A stretch of 61,206 nucleotides of DNA, counting the filler. It is 9 parts of 9 records of this genome, joined end to end, with 100 filler letters (N's around TTAATTAATTAA, not from the genome) between each part and the next. Parts side by side here need not be neighbours in the genome. Positions count along the whole stretch, not along the records: positions 37,866 to 43,180 come from SRR31147125_84737; positions 43,281 to 48,461 come from SRR31147125_84775; positions 48,562 to 54,447 come from SRR31147125_84891; 6 more parts are not named here. One strand, written 5' to 3'. Position 1 is the stretch's first letter; each line of letters begins with the position of its first letter. The translations under genes were made by a program, and so were the position numbers. Positions 39,006-48,674 of this stretch are shown here, piece by piece. The notes under the pieces were generated by a model. It was not told where the DNA came from and did no database searches. It worked only from the letters and a program-made list of their open reading frames with translations.

Positions 39006-39306
39006 ATGATTTGGCCTGGCAAGAGATTCCTCCGGCAAGGAGTGTTCTGATTTTATCAATCAGCTTACACGAGGACTGGCATTTAGGCATTTCATCTCGA
39101 TGGTCGCATTTCAGACAGGGACTTTGGGTGAGATATCCGATTTCAAAATCAAACCGGTCTCGTTTGATATAGTGGCGTTCCACGACGGGTTTCCTCAAAA
39201 GGTGTTTTTTTGAAAGCACGACGGTTAGATCCGAGTGCTTTTTTGTTAGGGTGACTGGTGCCATCATGGCTGTTATTCTTGGTTTGTAGAAGTTAACGCG
39301 CTTCAC
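38995..39306 (-). CDS. Small Cys-containing hypothetical protein (true start probably internal)
   Basis: RDRFDFEIGYLTQSPCLKC...C...C; its stop overlaps the kinase start. Confidence 0.5.
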   Translation of the reverse strand: MKRVNFYKPRITAMMAPVTLTKKHSDLTVVLSKKHLLRKPVVERHYIKRDRFDFEIGYLTQSPCLKCDHRDEMPKCQSSCKLIDKIRTLLAGGISCQAKSYET

Positions 39307-39481
39307 AAGCTTTGGTTGTGATTGCTATTTTTTCACACATCAGAACGTCTCTATCAATTGTCGTGGAGAAGGTCAATATTTCGGCACATTTTGATTTTTT
39401 CTTGTATCAATTCTCATGTTGTGATACTTGTTTACAAATTGAAAGTGATATTCGCAAAAAAAAATACTTGGAGGTTATATA

Positions 39482-40132
39482 GTGAATACAGAATCAAAAT
39501 TTGCCGAGCTTAAAGAAAAAGAGAGGGCGGCTAGAAAGCAGATCATCATCGATTCCGCGCTTGCTCTTTTTGCCAAAAAACCGTTCTACGACGTGGGGAT
39601 GAGAGATGTGGCCGATGAGGCCGGAGTCTCACCTGCGACACTGTATCGATATTTTCCCAGCCAGGAAGAGCTGTTTGTCGAAGCGTTTATTCAAGATATC
39701 TCATCTGTGAGCCGTGAATTTGAAAGTATGGTCAAACAGGCCCGAGGCCGCTCGTTGGAAGAGATTGCAGAGGCGTACAATCCTGCAACCATCGAAGAGT
39801 TTGCATTGACCTATGTGGACCATCTGGTTCAAAATGAATCAACCTTTCAAATGATGACGTATATTCTTCTTAAAGATCAATTAGATAAAGAGGCACTGGC
39901 CAAATTCGGGGCGGTGACCCGAATTTTTTATGATACCTTTGAAAGATTGCTCGAGAGAAATGGAGTGGAAGGGGATCTGAGAGAGGTGTCACACTCATTT
40001 ATTGCGTCTTTGACCGGGGTCATCATGACCCTTAGAAATCACCCGACAAAAGATAAAAAACAGATTCGGGAGCATATCCTGAACGTAACTAAGTTGACAG
40101 CAGATATTTACAGCCACAAATTGCTTGGATAA
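39482..40132 (+). CDS. TetR/AcrR-family regulator
   Basis: IIDSALALF...MRDVADEAGVSPATLYRYFPS HTH. Confidence 0.93.
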   Translation: MNTESKFAELKEKERAARKQIIIDSALALFAKKPFYDVGMRDVADEAGVSPATLYRYFPSQEELFVEAFIQDISSVSREFESMVKQARGRSLEEIAEAYNPATIEEFALTYVDHLVQNESTFQMMTYILLKDQLDKEALAKFGAVTRIFYDTFERLLERNGVEGDLREVSHSFIASLTGVIMTLRNHPTKDKKQIREHILNVTKLTADIYSHKLLG

Positions 40133-40185
40133 CCCTTAGATCTCTTTTCTCTCTTCAGATGGAAGAGGGCTTGGCTTTTCACCGC

Positions 40186-40213
40186 TTGACACGACTTGAT
40201 ACCGGTTTATATT
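40186..40213 (+). promoter_or_regulatory. Sigma70 promoter for the moxR operon
   Basis: TTGACA-N16-TATATT. Confidence 0.6.
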
Positions 40214-40280
40214 AATCATCGAAAAATCGGAATCCTTTTTGATTGTAAATGGATCTTAAGTGCGGTGTGACTGAGGAGTT

Positions 40281-41255
40281 ATGGAAGAGATAAGGGAACA
40301 GATCGAATCAAAACACCTTCTGATCAACAAGGTCAGAAAGGAAATCAGTAAGGAACTTGTGGGGCAGCAGAAGTTGGTGGACGCGCTTCTGACCGCCCTG
40401 TTGTCCGGAGCCCATGTGTTGATCGAAGGGGTGCCGGGGCTTGCCAAAACCAGTGCCGTCAAAGCCCTTGCCTCAACGGTCCAGGCAAAATTCAAACGGA
40501 TTCAGTTTACGCCGGATTTACTTCCGGCCGACCTGATCGGAACTGAAATTTATCGGCCTAAAATGGGAGATTTTGTCACCCGAAAGGGGCCGCTGTTCAA
40601 CAACATCATTCTTGCCGATGAAATCAACCGTGCTCCCTCCAAGGTGCAATCGGCACTATTGGAGGCGATGCAGGAAAAACAGGTGACCATTGGTGACGAG
40701 ACCTACCCTCTGCCTGCCCCCTTTCTGGTGCTTGCCACGCAAAATCCCATCGAGCAGGAAGGGACCTACCAGCTGCCCGAAGCCCAGATCGATCGTTTCA
40801 TGCTCAAAATCATCATTGATTATCCGAACCGATCCCAGGAACTGGAAATCCTCAAAAAGAGTGAGTTCGATGTCAAAGAGCCCATCGAACCGGTGGTCAC
40901 TCCGGATGAACTGCAAGAGATGGCAGCGATCATCCGCCAGATCTACGTGGATGACAAAATCAAAGAGTACATTGTGGATTTGGTTTTTGCCACCAGAGAG
41001 CCTCTCAAGTTCGGTATGGATATCGGACGCTACGTTGAGTTCGGTGCCTCGCCAAGGGCGACCCTTTTTCTTGCCCAGGCAGCCAGAGTCAATGCTTTCC
41101 TTCAGGGTCGGGCCTATGTGACGCCCCAGGATGTCAAAATCATTGCCCCGGACGTTCTGCGACACCGAATCATTCTATCGTTTGAAGCAGAAGCCGATGA
41201 AGTGACTTCGGATGATATCATCAAGACCCTGTTCGATTCCGTTGAAGTCCCTTAG
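40281..41255 (+). CDS. moxR: MoxR-family AAA+ ATPase
   Basis: GVPGLAKT, RIQFTPDLLPAD, DEINRAP, ATQNPIEQEGTY, GASPR. Confidence 0.95.
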   Translation: MEEIREQIESKHLLINKVRKEISKELVGQQKLVDALLTALLSGAHVLIEGVPGLAKTSAVKALASTVQAKFKRIQFTPDLLPADLIGTEIYRPKMGDFVTRKGPLFNNIILADEINRAPSKVQSALLEAMQEKQVTIGDETYPLPAPFLVLATQNPIEQEGTYQLPEAQIDRFMLKIIIDYPNRSQELEILKKSEFDVKEPIEPVVTPDELQEMAAIIRQIYVDDKIKEYIVDLVFATREPLKFGMDIGRYVEFGASPRATLFLAQAARVNAFLQGRAYVTPQDVKIIAPDVLRHRIILSFEAEADEVTSDDIIKTLFDSVEVP

Positions 41256-41360
41256 AGGGATGGGACGGATTTAAACTCTGTCCTCAAGGCACTTAATGAA
41301 CGAAAGTGCTGTTTTTTTACCCCTCTATTTGAATTTGTGTGACACGGTGACGGAAAAATC

Positions 41361-42239
41361 ATGATTCCACAAGAGATCATCAAAAAAATCAGGCGCATCC
41401 ATATTAAAGGGAGTCGAACCGTCAACACCATGATGGCGGGACAGTATAAGTCCGTCTTCAGGGGATCGGGAATTGAATTTGAAGAGGTGCGGGAGTACTC
41501 CCCGGGCGATGAGGTAAAAGCCATTGACTGGAAGGTGTCGGCCCGTCTCGGGCGTCCTTTTATCAAGCTGTATCGTGAAGAGCGGGAAAGCATCGTGATG
41601 CTGCTTGTGGATATGAGCGCCTCCCTTCGTTTCGGTACCTTTTCGGGAACCAAGCTTGAAAAGGCGGCGGAAGTGGCCTCCGTACTGGCGTTTAGTGCCA
41701 TCAAGAACAATGATAAGGTGGGAGCGATTTTTTTTACCGATCGGATGGAAAAGTACATCCCCCCTAAAAAAGGTGTGGGCCATGTATGGCGGTTGATTAA
41801 AGAGATTTTTACCTTTGATCCCGAAGGGAGCGGTACGGACATTTCTGTGGCCTTGGACTATCTCTCATCCGTCTCTCGGAAAAAGAGCCTTGCTTTTCTT
41901 ATCTCCGATTTCATTGCGCCGGATGCGATCCGTTCCCTGAGAATCGCCCATCGTCGCCATGAGTTGGTGGGGGTGATCATCTCCGATCGCGGGGAGTTTG
42001 ATCTGCCCCATAAAGGCATTGTCTCCATGACCTGTTTTGAAACCGGTCGGCAAATGGTGTTGGATGCCGGTAATTCCTCTGTCAGGAAAGCATATGCCCG
42101 TCAAAAACGGAAAAGGTACGAGCTGGTGACCCACACCTTGAAATTATCCAAAATTGATTGGCTGGAGATGCGCACCAGCGATTCCGTGTCCGATACACTG
42201 ACCCGCTATTTCAGGGAGCGGGAAAAGAGAATGAAGTAA
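41361..42239 (+). CDS. DUF58 domain protein
   Basis: SVFRGSGIEFEEVREY.PGD, IDWKVSAR, VDMSAS, ISDF. Confidence 0.92.
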   Translation: MIPQEIIKKIRRIHIKGSRTVNTMMAGQYKSVFRGSGIEFEEVREYSPGDEVKAIDWKVSARLGRPFIKLYREERESIVMLLVDMSASLRFGTFSGTKLEKAAEVASVLAFSAIKNNDKVGAIFFTDRMEKYIPPKKGVGHVWRLIKEIFTFDPEGSGTDISVALDYLSSVSRKKSLAFLISDFIAPDAIRSLRIAHRRHELVGVIISDRGEFDLPHKGIVSMTCFETGRQMVLDAGNSSVRKAYARQKRKRYELVTHTLKLSKIDWLEMRTSDSVSDTLTRYFREREKRMK

Positions 42240-42255
42240 AGGATAAAGGACATCC

Positions 42256-43107
42256 ATGGCAGACCCACAACTCATTCAGCCCATCCAACCCATCAATCCT
42301 GTACAATCGGCACAGGCCGGGAAGTCCGTCACGGTTCTTCCGCCCGATCAGGCCATTCCCATGCCGGGAACGCAATCTCCAATGCTGGGCCAACAAAGCC
42401 AAGGGATGCCGCTCCCTCAAGGGATGCAGGATATTCATGATATCGAGGCCCCGATGCAGGTCGGTATTGATCCATTTATTATTCAAATGGCCGTGGGCGG
42501 GGCGATTTTCATTCTAATCCTGGTGCTTTGTTATTTTTTGTATCGCTATTGGCGAAAACGAAGGATGGCAAAAAAGACGGCCCATCTGTTGATGCTTCCT
42601 CCACCGCTTCCTCCCAAAGAGGCAGCCTTGCGGGAACTGGACGCCGCGACTCATTTGAAAAAGACGTATCCCCGTCTTTACTACTTCAGGCTCACGGCGC
42701 TTCTCAAAACCTTTATCGGCAAATCGTTTAAAATCAATGCTCCCGAGATGACCACCCAGGAGTTGACGTCAGCCATCAACAGCATCATTCAAAAAAAATC
42801 GGTACATCGGCAGGTGATGAATTCCGTGAAGGGGCTTTTCGATACAGCCTCCATGATCAAATATGCGGCGGTAACGCCGAACATCGATCAGATGGAAGCA
42901 GATGAACGATTGACCCGAAAGTTCATTGATCAGGTGACCGAGGATTTGGCTGGCAATTCGGATGACGGCATACAAGTCAGTCAAAAGCGTTCAGTCGATC
43001 CAATAAACCGTGAAAAACGTTTGGTGAAAAATAATAAAGCAAACAATGATGAACCAAGTGATGATAACGATGATCGTTTCTTGGGGAGAGAGGAAATGGG
43101 AGCCTGA
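42256..43107 (+). CDS. Single-TM protein of moxR/bat operons (DUF4381/BatD-like)
   Basis: IHDIEAP, TM helix, ALRELD, EMTTQE, IKYA. Confidence 0.65.
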   Translation: MADPQLIQPIQPINPVQSAQAGKSVTVLPPDQAIPMPGTQSPMLGQQSQGMPLPQGMQDIHDIEAPMQVGIDPFIIQMAVGGAIFILILVLCYFLYRYWRKRRMAKKTAHLLMLPPPLPPKEAALRELDAATHLKKTYPRLYYFRLTALLKTFIGKSFKINAPEMTTQELTSAINSIIQKKSVHRQVMNSVKGLFDTASMIKYAAVTPNIDQMEADERLTRKFIDQVTEDLAGNSDDGIQVSQKRSVDPINREKRLVKNNKANNDEPSDDNDDRFLGREEMGA

Positions 43108-43109
43108 GT

Positions 43110-43180
43110 ATGTTTCGATTTGCGTCACCCTATTTTCTGATTCTGCTGGGGAGTCTGCCCATTTTGATCTGGAGGCTTTT
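43110..43180 (+). CDS. BatA-like VWA protein N-terminus, truncated
   Basis: MFRFASPYFLILLGSLPILIW, a typical BatA N-terminal segment, last visible gene of the moxR operon. Confidence 0.65.
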
Positions 43181-43732
43181 NNNNNNNNNNNNNNNNNNNN
43201 NNNNNNNNNNNNNNNNNNNNNNNNTTAATTAATTAANNNNNNNNNNNNNNNNNNNNNNNNNNNNNNNNNNNNNNNNNNNNAAAAAGAAATAGCTGGTGTC
43301 GAAGAGAGGACCAACGTCAAAAAGCCCTTTGAATTGATATAACATCTTGCTTTTACAAATGAAATAACCCCAAACGAGATCTCTTCTTATTATGGCATGA
43401 AGGCACAAGGCCTTTTCCGCTCTTTTTTTGTAATAGTACGCCAAATAGCCGGATTTATTTGGGAGGTTTTCGGCTGGTTTGCAACTTGACGGATGATTGG
43501 AAAAAAGGACGGAACCCTGATTTCACTGACTTCAATAGGGTGGATAGTTGGTTTGAATGACGTCTTTTCCATAGGTTCAGTGCAAAAGGAACGAGCATTG
43601 CAAATTTCCCAATTTTCTGGGGTAGGTAGTGCGGCAACTAAGATGCTGTAACTACGGGGAAGGAAAACTAGCCATTATGTTTTATTAAGAAAGGGTAGTG
43701 GCCGGCATAAAAAACAAACTGGAGGTGGGGAG

Positions 43733-44173
43733 ATGATGAAGGAGCTTGAAGAATTAACCAAGCGGGGGACTATTGCTGTTGAGCAAGGAAACACAGTTGA
43801 AGCTTTAATGTACTTTGAAAATGCTTCTCAGATTGAGAAAACCCCCCTGATAAGTTGCTATCTGGGGTATTGCCTTGCAAGAGAGCGAGGTAAGTTGAAA
43901 GAAGGGGCATCCATGTGTCTTGAGGCCATTCAGAAGGATCCCAGAAATCCGATTTTCTATCTGAACCTGGGGCGGATATACGCTTTGGCCGGCCAGAGGC
44001 TCCAAGCAATTCGCACTTATCAGAAGGGTTTGAAGATGGGTTGCGACCAACGCTTAATCACCGAACTGAGACATCTTGGCGTTCGAAAAAATCCAGTTTT
44101 TAATTCCTTTTCACGCGGAAACCCTCTTAATAAATATTGTGGTATTCTATTTAATCGACTGGGTTTGCGTTGA
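43733..44173 (+). CDS. Tetratricopeptide repeat protein
   Basis: ALMYFENA, YLGYCLA, DPRNPIFYLNLGRIY; RBS GGAGG. Confidence 0.8.
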   Translation: MMKELEELTKRGTIAVEQGNTVEALMYFENASQIEKTPLISCYLGYCLARERGKLKEGASMCLEAIQKDPRNPIFYLNLGRIYALAGQRLQAIRTYQKGLKMGCDQRLITELRHLGVRKNPVFNSFSRGNPLNKYCGILFNRLGLR

Positions 44174-44229
44174 GCTAACCCGAATTATTCATGAAAACTT
44201 ATGCTACAATCGTCAATTGCACGCCATCT

Positions 44230-44333
44230 TAAGGAAACTATCGAACTTGGGAATGAATCTACTGCGAAACCGGCAAATCGGGCCATATTTCCCATTTTCT
44301 CGTTACGATTCCCCAAGTCCGACAGGCTCCTAG
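44230..44333. mobile_element. Miniature inverted-repeat element (MITE-like), copy 1
   Basis: Right end ATTCCCCAAGTCCGACAGGCTCCTAG versus degenerate left end TAAGGAAACTATCGAACTTGGGAAT; 27 of 28 nt at 44249-44276 match 45775-45802. Confidence 0.6.
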
Positions 44334-44387
44334 GATCTTGCAACGTTTAATGTCAGACCTTGGCTCTACTGCATTTCGGCTCCTGGA

Positions 44388-44545
44388 GAGCTTTTATATT
44401 GACAGCGGTTGTCCGCTGCCTTACAAGAGTACACTACTGAATGGGAAGCTCAGGGAAGGGCTGGTCATGAGCGCCAAAGGCGCGAACCCCGACATAGCAT
44501 TTTCCTGTCATCCTGTCACTCAGACGGTAGCCACAGCTGAAGCTC
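44388..44545 (+). ncRNA. Structured non-coding segment, candidate IS110-family bridge-RNA-like region with no transposase
   Basis: Nested pairings GAGCTT/AAGCTC, GGTTGTCCGCTG/CAGACGGTAGCC and CAGGGAAG/TTTTCCTG, apical GCGCC-AAA-GGCGC, with large internal loops. Confidence 0.4.
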
Positions 44546-44583
44546 CATTACCTTTAGTATCAGATCAATTCTATTTTTTTACT

Positions 44584-45759
44584 ATGAATAAAAATTTAGT
44601 CTCCGTGGCCCATGGAAATGGACCTTATCAGAATATTATCGATGCCCTGAAACGGCTGGATCTCTCCGAGATCCAAGGCAAGCGGGTGTTGATAAAACCC
44701 AATGCAGGCCGCCATGTCAAAGGCTGCAAAGGCATTACGACGCATCCAGAAGCAGTCGCTGCGGTAATCGACGCTGTATCAGCGGAATCCCCCTCGCATA
44801 TCGCTATTGGCGAAAGTCCCATTCTGGGCGTCAAAACCCTGGAGGCCTTCGAGTCTACCGGTATTGCCGCTGTTGCTGAGAATAAGGGTATTCCGCTTAT
44901 CGACATGGATGCGCGCAAACCGGTCACCAAGCCGGTGACGGACGGAAGAGTGCTCGATACGCTCAAATTCTGCGCCGACATCTTTGATTTTGACTTTATT
45001 GTCTCAGTGCCGGTCGCCAAGTCGCATATGCATACCCAGGTCACCCTGGGTATTAAGAACATGAAAGGCTGCCTCTGGTATAACGAGAAGGTCCGCCTGC
45101 ACCAACTCGAATACCGTGAGAATAAAAGCTATCCAGAAAAGACCCTGGACAGTGCCATCTCTGATATGGCGACACTGCTTCTTCCGGACCTCACCGTTGT
45201 CGATGGCTTTACAGGTATGGAAGGGTTGGGACCAAGTTCCGGAGAACCGGTCAATTCGGATTTTGCCGTCGCTTCGTTTAATTCGCTGGCGGCCGATAAA
45301 ACAGCTCTGGAACTTATGGGATTCACTCTCGATGAGGTATCTCATCTGAATCTGGTTAAAGAGCGAGGGATTGTATCCCTGGATAATGTATCGGTAGAGC
45401 CTGCCGATTTCATGACACATGCTTACAGTTATAAGCGCTCACCTGAAAAACTCGACATCGAATTTCCCAATATTGTTGTTCACGACGATGGTTCCTGCAG
45501 CGCCTGCCTCTCGACCACGCTGCTCTTTTTAAAGCGTTTCGCCGACGAACTGGGCGACTACGTCTTTCCCGACGGCAAGCTTCATCTGGCGATCGGAAAA
45601 GACGTTAAAGAGATTCCCGAGGGCACCATACTCATCGGCAATTGTACCCATAAGCATAAAGACAAAGGTATATTTATTGCCGGTTGCCCGCCCGTTGCTT
45701 CGCGTATTTACGAGGCTATTACAGGGTCGGAGCCCGAAACAAATGAGCCTGAAGTTTAG
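44584..45759 (+). CDS. DUF362 domain protein with a C-terminal Cys cluster (putative Fe-S)
   Basis: VLIKPN, TTHPE, IGES, KSH, TLGIKNMKG, MEGLGP, then CSACL..GNCT..GCPP; probable start ATG 44584. Confidence 0.85.
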   Translation: MNKNLVSVAHGNGPYQNIIDALKRLDLSEIQGKRVLIKPNAGRHVKGCKGITTHPEAVAAVIDAVSAESPSHIAIGESPILGVKTLEAFESTGIAAVAENKGIPLIDMDARKPVTKPVTDGRVLDTLKFCADIFDFDFIVSVPVAKSHMHTQVTLGIKNMKGCLWYNEKVRLHQLEYRENKSYPEKTLDSAISDMATLLLPDLTVVDGFTGMEGLGPSSGEPVNSDFAVASFNSLAADKTALELMGFTLDEVSHLNLVKERGIVSLDNVSVEPADFMTHAYSYKRSPEKLDIEFPNIVVHDDGSCSACLSTTLLFLKRFADELGDYVFPDGKLHLAIGKDVKEIPEGTILIGNCTHKHKDKGIFIAGCPPVASRIYEAITGSEPETNEPEV

Positions 45760-45892
45760 GAGGTTGTCGCATCCGGGAATGAATCTACTGCCAAACCGGC
45801 AATAGGTCTGGTATTCACTCTCGAAGTTGCGAAAATCTGTCCCCTATTTTCCTTTTCACCCTTACTATTTCCCACGTTCGGTAGACTTCTTG
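45757..45892. mobile_element. MITE-like element, copy 2 (degenerate)
   Basis: Begins TAGGAGGTTGTCGCATCCGGGAATGAATCTACTGC, overlapping the DUF362 stop; ends TTTCCCACGTTCGGTAGACTTCTTG. Confidence 0.5.
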
Positions 45893-45989
45893 CCGACAGA
45901 CAAAGTGTCAGATCAAGGTGTTGGTAATTAGGGTCAAATACTTGTTGTGTGTGTTCCACTGACGATTATTCAAGCACGGAGGTGAACAA

Positions 45990-46829
45990 GTGAAAACAAT
46001 ATGGTCTTGTCTGGTGGTTCTGGCAATGCTGGTATCTACGGGTGCATGGGCGAGTGAAGAAACTTTTAACAGCCCGTTAAATCATCGCTTCGGTGTTTAC
46101 GGTGGCGCCCAACTCTACCAGGCAGACGGTGAATTCAGTTCTACCAAAGATGGCAGGCCCAAGACTACGGTTGACCTGGACGACCTTGGCCTGGATGAGG
46201 ATGAGATCACCCCTGTTTTTGGAGCATTTGTTAATTTAGGCAAGAGGTGGACCCTGCGTTTTGATTACTTCGGGTATCATGAGGATGCCAAGCAGACAGC
46301 GGAATTTGACTTCGAATTTGATGATGAGATCGTTACAGCCGGTGCTCGTCTTGACACCAGTCTCGACCTGGACGTTTATGTTCTCAACCTGGCCTACAAT
46401 CTCTATAGTACCGAACGGGCGAGATTTGGTCTGGGGGCTGGCGTGCATATCGCCGACATTGATTTACAAATTGCCTCTGAAACTACTTTGGGGGGAGGGG
46501 GTGTATGGAGACAAGAGGACAGTATCGATTATACGGCTCCACTTCCCAATCTGTATGTGGGAGGTGCCTATGCATTCACGGATAAATGTCTGTTCCGGTA
46601 TAGTGGAGGATGGATGAGTCTGAGCTATGGTGATTACGATGGGGAATTGATCACTGGCACCGCCATCCTTGAATACTGGCCTTTTCAGCATGCTGGTCTG
46701 GGAATTGGATACCGTTATGTAAAGGTTGATATAGATTATGACCCGGGGCACAAAAAAGAAAACTACGATGTTGAGCTGCCAGGGCCAGTGGTCTATGCGG
46801 TATTTGCTTTTAAGGGGATGCATTCTTAA
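45990..46829 (+). CDS. Outer-membrane beta-barrel protein
   Basis: Signal peptide (AWA-S), VDLDDLGL, alternating aromatic strands, GLGIGYRY. Confidence 0.7.
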   Translation: MKTIWSCLVVLAMLVSTGAWASEETFNSPLNHRFGVYGGAQLYQADGEFSSTKDGRPKTTVDLDDLGLDEDEITPVFGAFVNLGKRWTLRFDYFGYHEDAKQTAEFDFEFDDEIVTAGARLDTSLDLDVYVLNLAYNLYSTERARFGLGAGVHIADIDLQIASETTLGGGGVWRQEDSIDYTAPLPNLYVGGAYAFTDKCLFRYSGGWMSLSYGDYDGELITGTAILEYWPFQHAGLGIGYRYVKVDIDYDPGHKKENYDVELPGPVVYAVFAFKGMHS

Positions 46830-47042
46830 ATAGATGGTGCGACCTGTTCAGCACGCTGGACTTGCGCTGCCCATGGAAAGGGCGGCTGGCGCTTGGATGG
46901 CGACAGTCAAGTGCTAATGATGGTTTTATGCGGCCCTTGCAATGGGTACTTAATTGGTTTTGGGTCATGACTAGCTCAGGGATTGATTTCGGATAATCTG
47001 AAGGCTCAAAAGGCTGAGGTCCCAACCTGATCAGATGGTTTA

Positions 47043-47549
47043 TTAGAACATGTCCCAGACAAGATCAACCAATGATGGCGCTGCGATTTTCTGGTCGGCC
47101 TCTTCGAGCCTCTTCATGTAGGCATCTTCGTTATTGACGTAAGGGACGATATCGATAACCCTGTCACAGTCCGAGTTTACGATGACCGCCTTGGGAAGGT
47201 AGATCCCCGCGTCCCTGGAGCATATAGCTTTGCCAACGATTACCGGTAAACGTTGTAGGTCATCTTTTTCGGCATTGAAGTAAACGATAATGCTTCTTTC
47301 CTCCAATACCTTGATGGCGTTTAGGGACGCCCTTTCAGCAAGAGGGCAGGTAGTCTCTTCATTAGTAAATAGAAAAGTCAGCACCCAATCATCCTCCTGC
47401 GCTTCCTGCAAAGCGTTTTCAAGTTCGTCCATTGGATAGGCGTCAACAGGGATGGTGAATCCCCCAAATGAGGATGGGGCTGGTACTACCAACCCTAATA
47501 TTAAAAAAAATAGCACGAACAACGTCTTATTCATGATGAATCCTCTCAT
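47043..47549 (-). CDS. Secreted hypothetical protein, possibly thioredoxin-like fold
   Basis: Signal peptide, TCPL, YLPKAVIVN; upstream sigma54 motif. Confidence 0.55.
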   Translation of the reverse strand: MRGFIMNKTLFVLFFLILGLVVPAPSSFGGFTIPVDAYPMDELENALQEAQEDDWVLTFLFTNEETTCPLAERASLNAIKVLEERSIIVYFNAEKDDLQRLPVIVGKAICSRDAGIYLPKAVIVNSDCDRVIDIVPYVNNEDAYMKRLEEADQKIAAPSLVDLVWDMF

Positions 47550-47635
47550 TACGTTTCACTGAGGCAGCACCCTTTTTCGTCGCCGGTGATAACCTCGCAT
47601 GATCTAATTAAAAAAAATTTACAAACCTGACGCTT

Positions 47636-47651
47636 AGCAATAAAATCGCCA
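47636..47651 (-). promoter_or_regulatory. Sigma54 promoter
   Basis: Minus strand TGGCGA-TTTTA-TTGCT with correct GG/GC spacing. Confidence 0.6.
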
Positions 47652-47730
47652 GTGCTAGAGGAAGAAAAGGGGGGCCGTTGTCCATATACATCTCTCTTGT
47701 AATCCTGTTGCGCTAAATCTCAAAAAACTC

Positions 47731-47996
47731 TTGGGAGGAAGATTTAAATATTTGCTTGATTCAGAAACAAGTATTCTATTCTTGCTTTCAAATCAAGAGC
47801 TTACTGAGGCGGAGAAGAATAAAATTGCTTTTTTCGAAACGCCGGTTGATATAGACAAGAACTTTACTGTTTTTCAAAAAAGGCAGCACAGAAAAACCCC
47901 TATCTTCGCACAGCGTTAAAAGCCTTTGACTAAAGCTTGGCACAAATGAAAGAAGATGGAACGTATGTAATAATCCTTCAGGATCATGGTATGTAA
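47731..47996 (+). pseudogene. Remnant of a periplasmic solute-binding protein (family 3-like)
   Basis: GGRFKYLLD... and, after a stop and frameshift, MKEDGTYVIILQDHGM, resembling the C-terminal helix of such proteins. Confidence 0.35.
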
Positions 47997-48244
47997 AACA
48001 GTACAACGAATTTTTAATTTTTGCTGAGTTCGTGTTGGTGAGTAATTTTAAATACAGTTTTCAACCCAACAAATAAACAGAAGTAGCTTTGGGTGCGATA
48101 ATTAAGGGATATGTCTTTTCGCTAACTTGTATTGCCAATTGCAGCTTGGCTGTACATTGTCAGGGCATCACTAAAGTGCCACATCCAATGAATTTTCCGG
48201 ATGCTTCGCGCCTACAAGATTCACCAGAGGGACAAGGAAAAGTC

Positions 48245-48461
48245 ATGACGAACAAAATACTACTTCCAAACTCAACTCTCGAAACGATTCGGATGCGCCA
48301 CAGTATCAGGCAGTTTTCTGATGAGTCCGTGTCGGAATCGGACATTGAGACGATTCTTGAAGCAGCGAATCAGGCGCCATCCGCTCACAACCAGCAGTCG
48401 TGGCGCTTTGTGGTTGTGCAGGAGACAAGCGCCTTGAGCTCTCTGAACTGGTGGCTGAAAA
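48245..48461 (+). CDS. Nitroreductase family protein, 3'-truncated
   Basis: RHSIRQF, ILEAANQAPSAHNQQSWRFVVV. Confidence 0.85.
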
Positions 48462-48561
48462 NNNNNNNNNNNNNNNNNNNNNNNNNNNNNNNNNNNNNNN
48501 NNNNNTTAATTAATTAANNNNNNNNNNNNNNNNNNNNNNNNNNNNNNNNNNNNNNNNNNNN

Positions 48562-48596
48562 GAGCCGCATGCTCTGACCAACTGAGCTACATCGCC
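48562..48596 (-). tRNA. 5' half of a tRNA (probably CAT anticodon, Met/Ile2), truncated by the contig edge
   Basis: Minus strand GGCGATGTAGCTCAGTTGGTCAGAGCATGCGGCTC: acceptor stem, D-arm and start of the anticodon loop CT-C. Confidence 0.8.
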
Positions 48597-48674
48597 AATG
48601 TCTTTTTCGTGTCGAAAAGAACAGCGGACTATTAACAGCTCATCGGCCGTTAGTCAAGCCGAAAACCGAACCTT

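Noticed and set aside
43281-48461. Integron cassette array or CRISPR array
   Set aside because: No integrase, no convincing attC sites, mixed gene orientation; the 28-nt repeat occurs only twice, 1.5 kb apart
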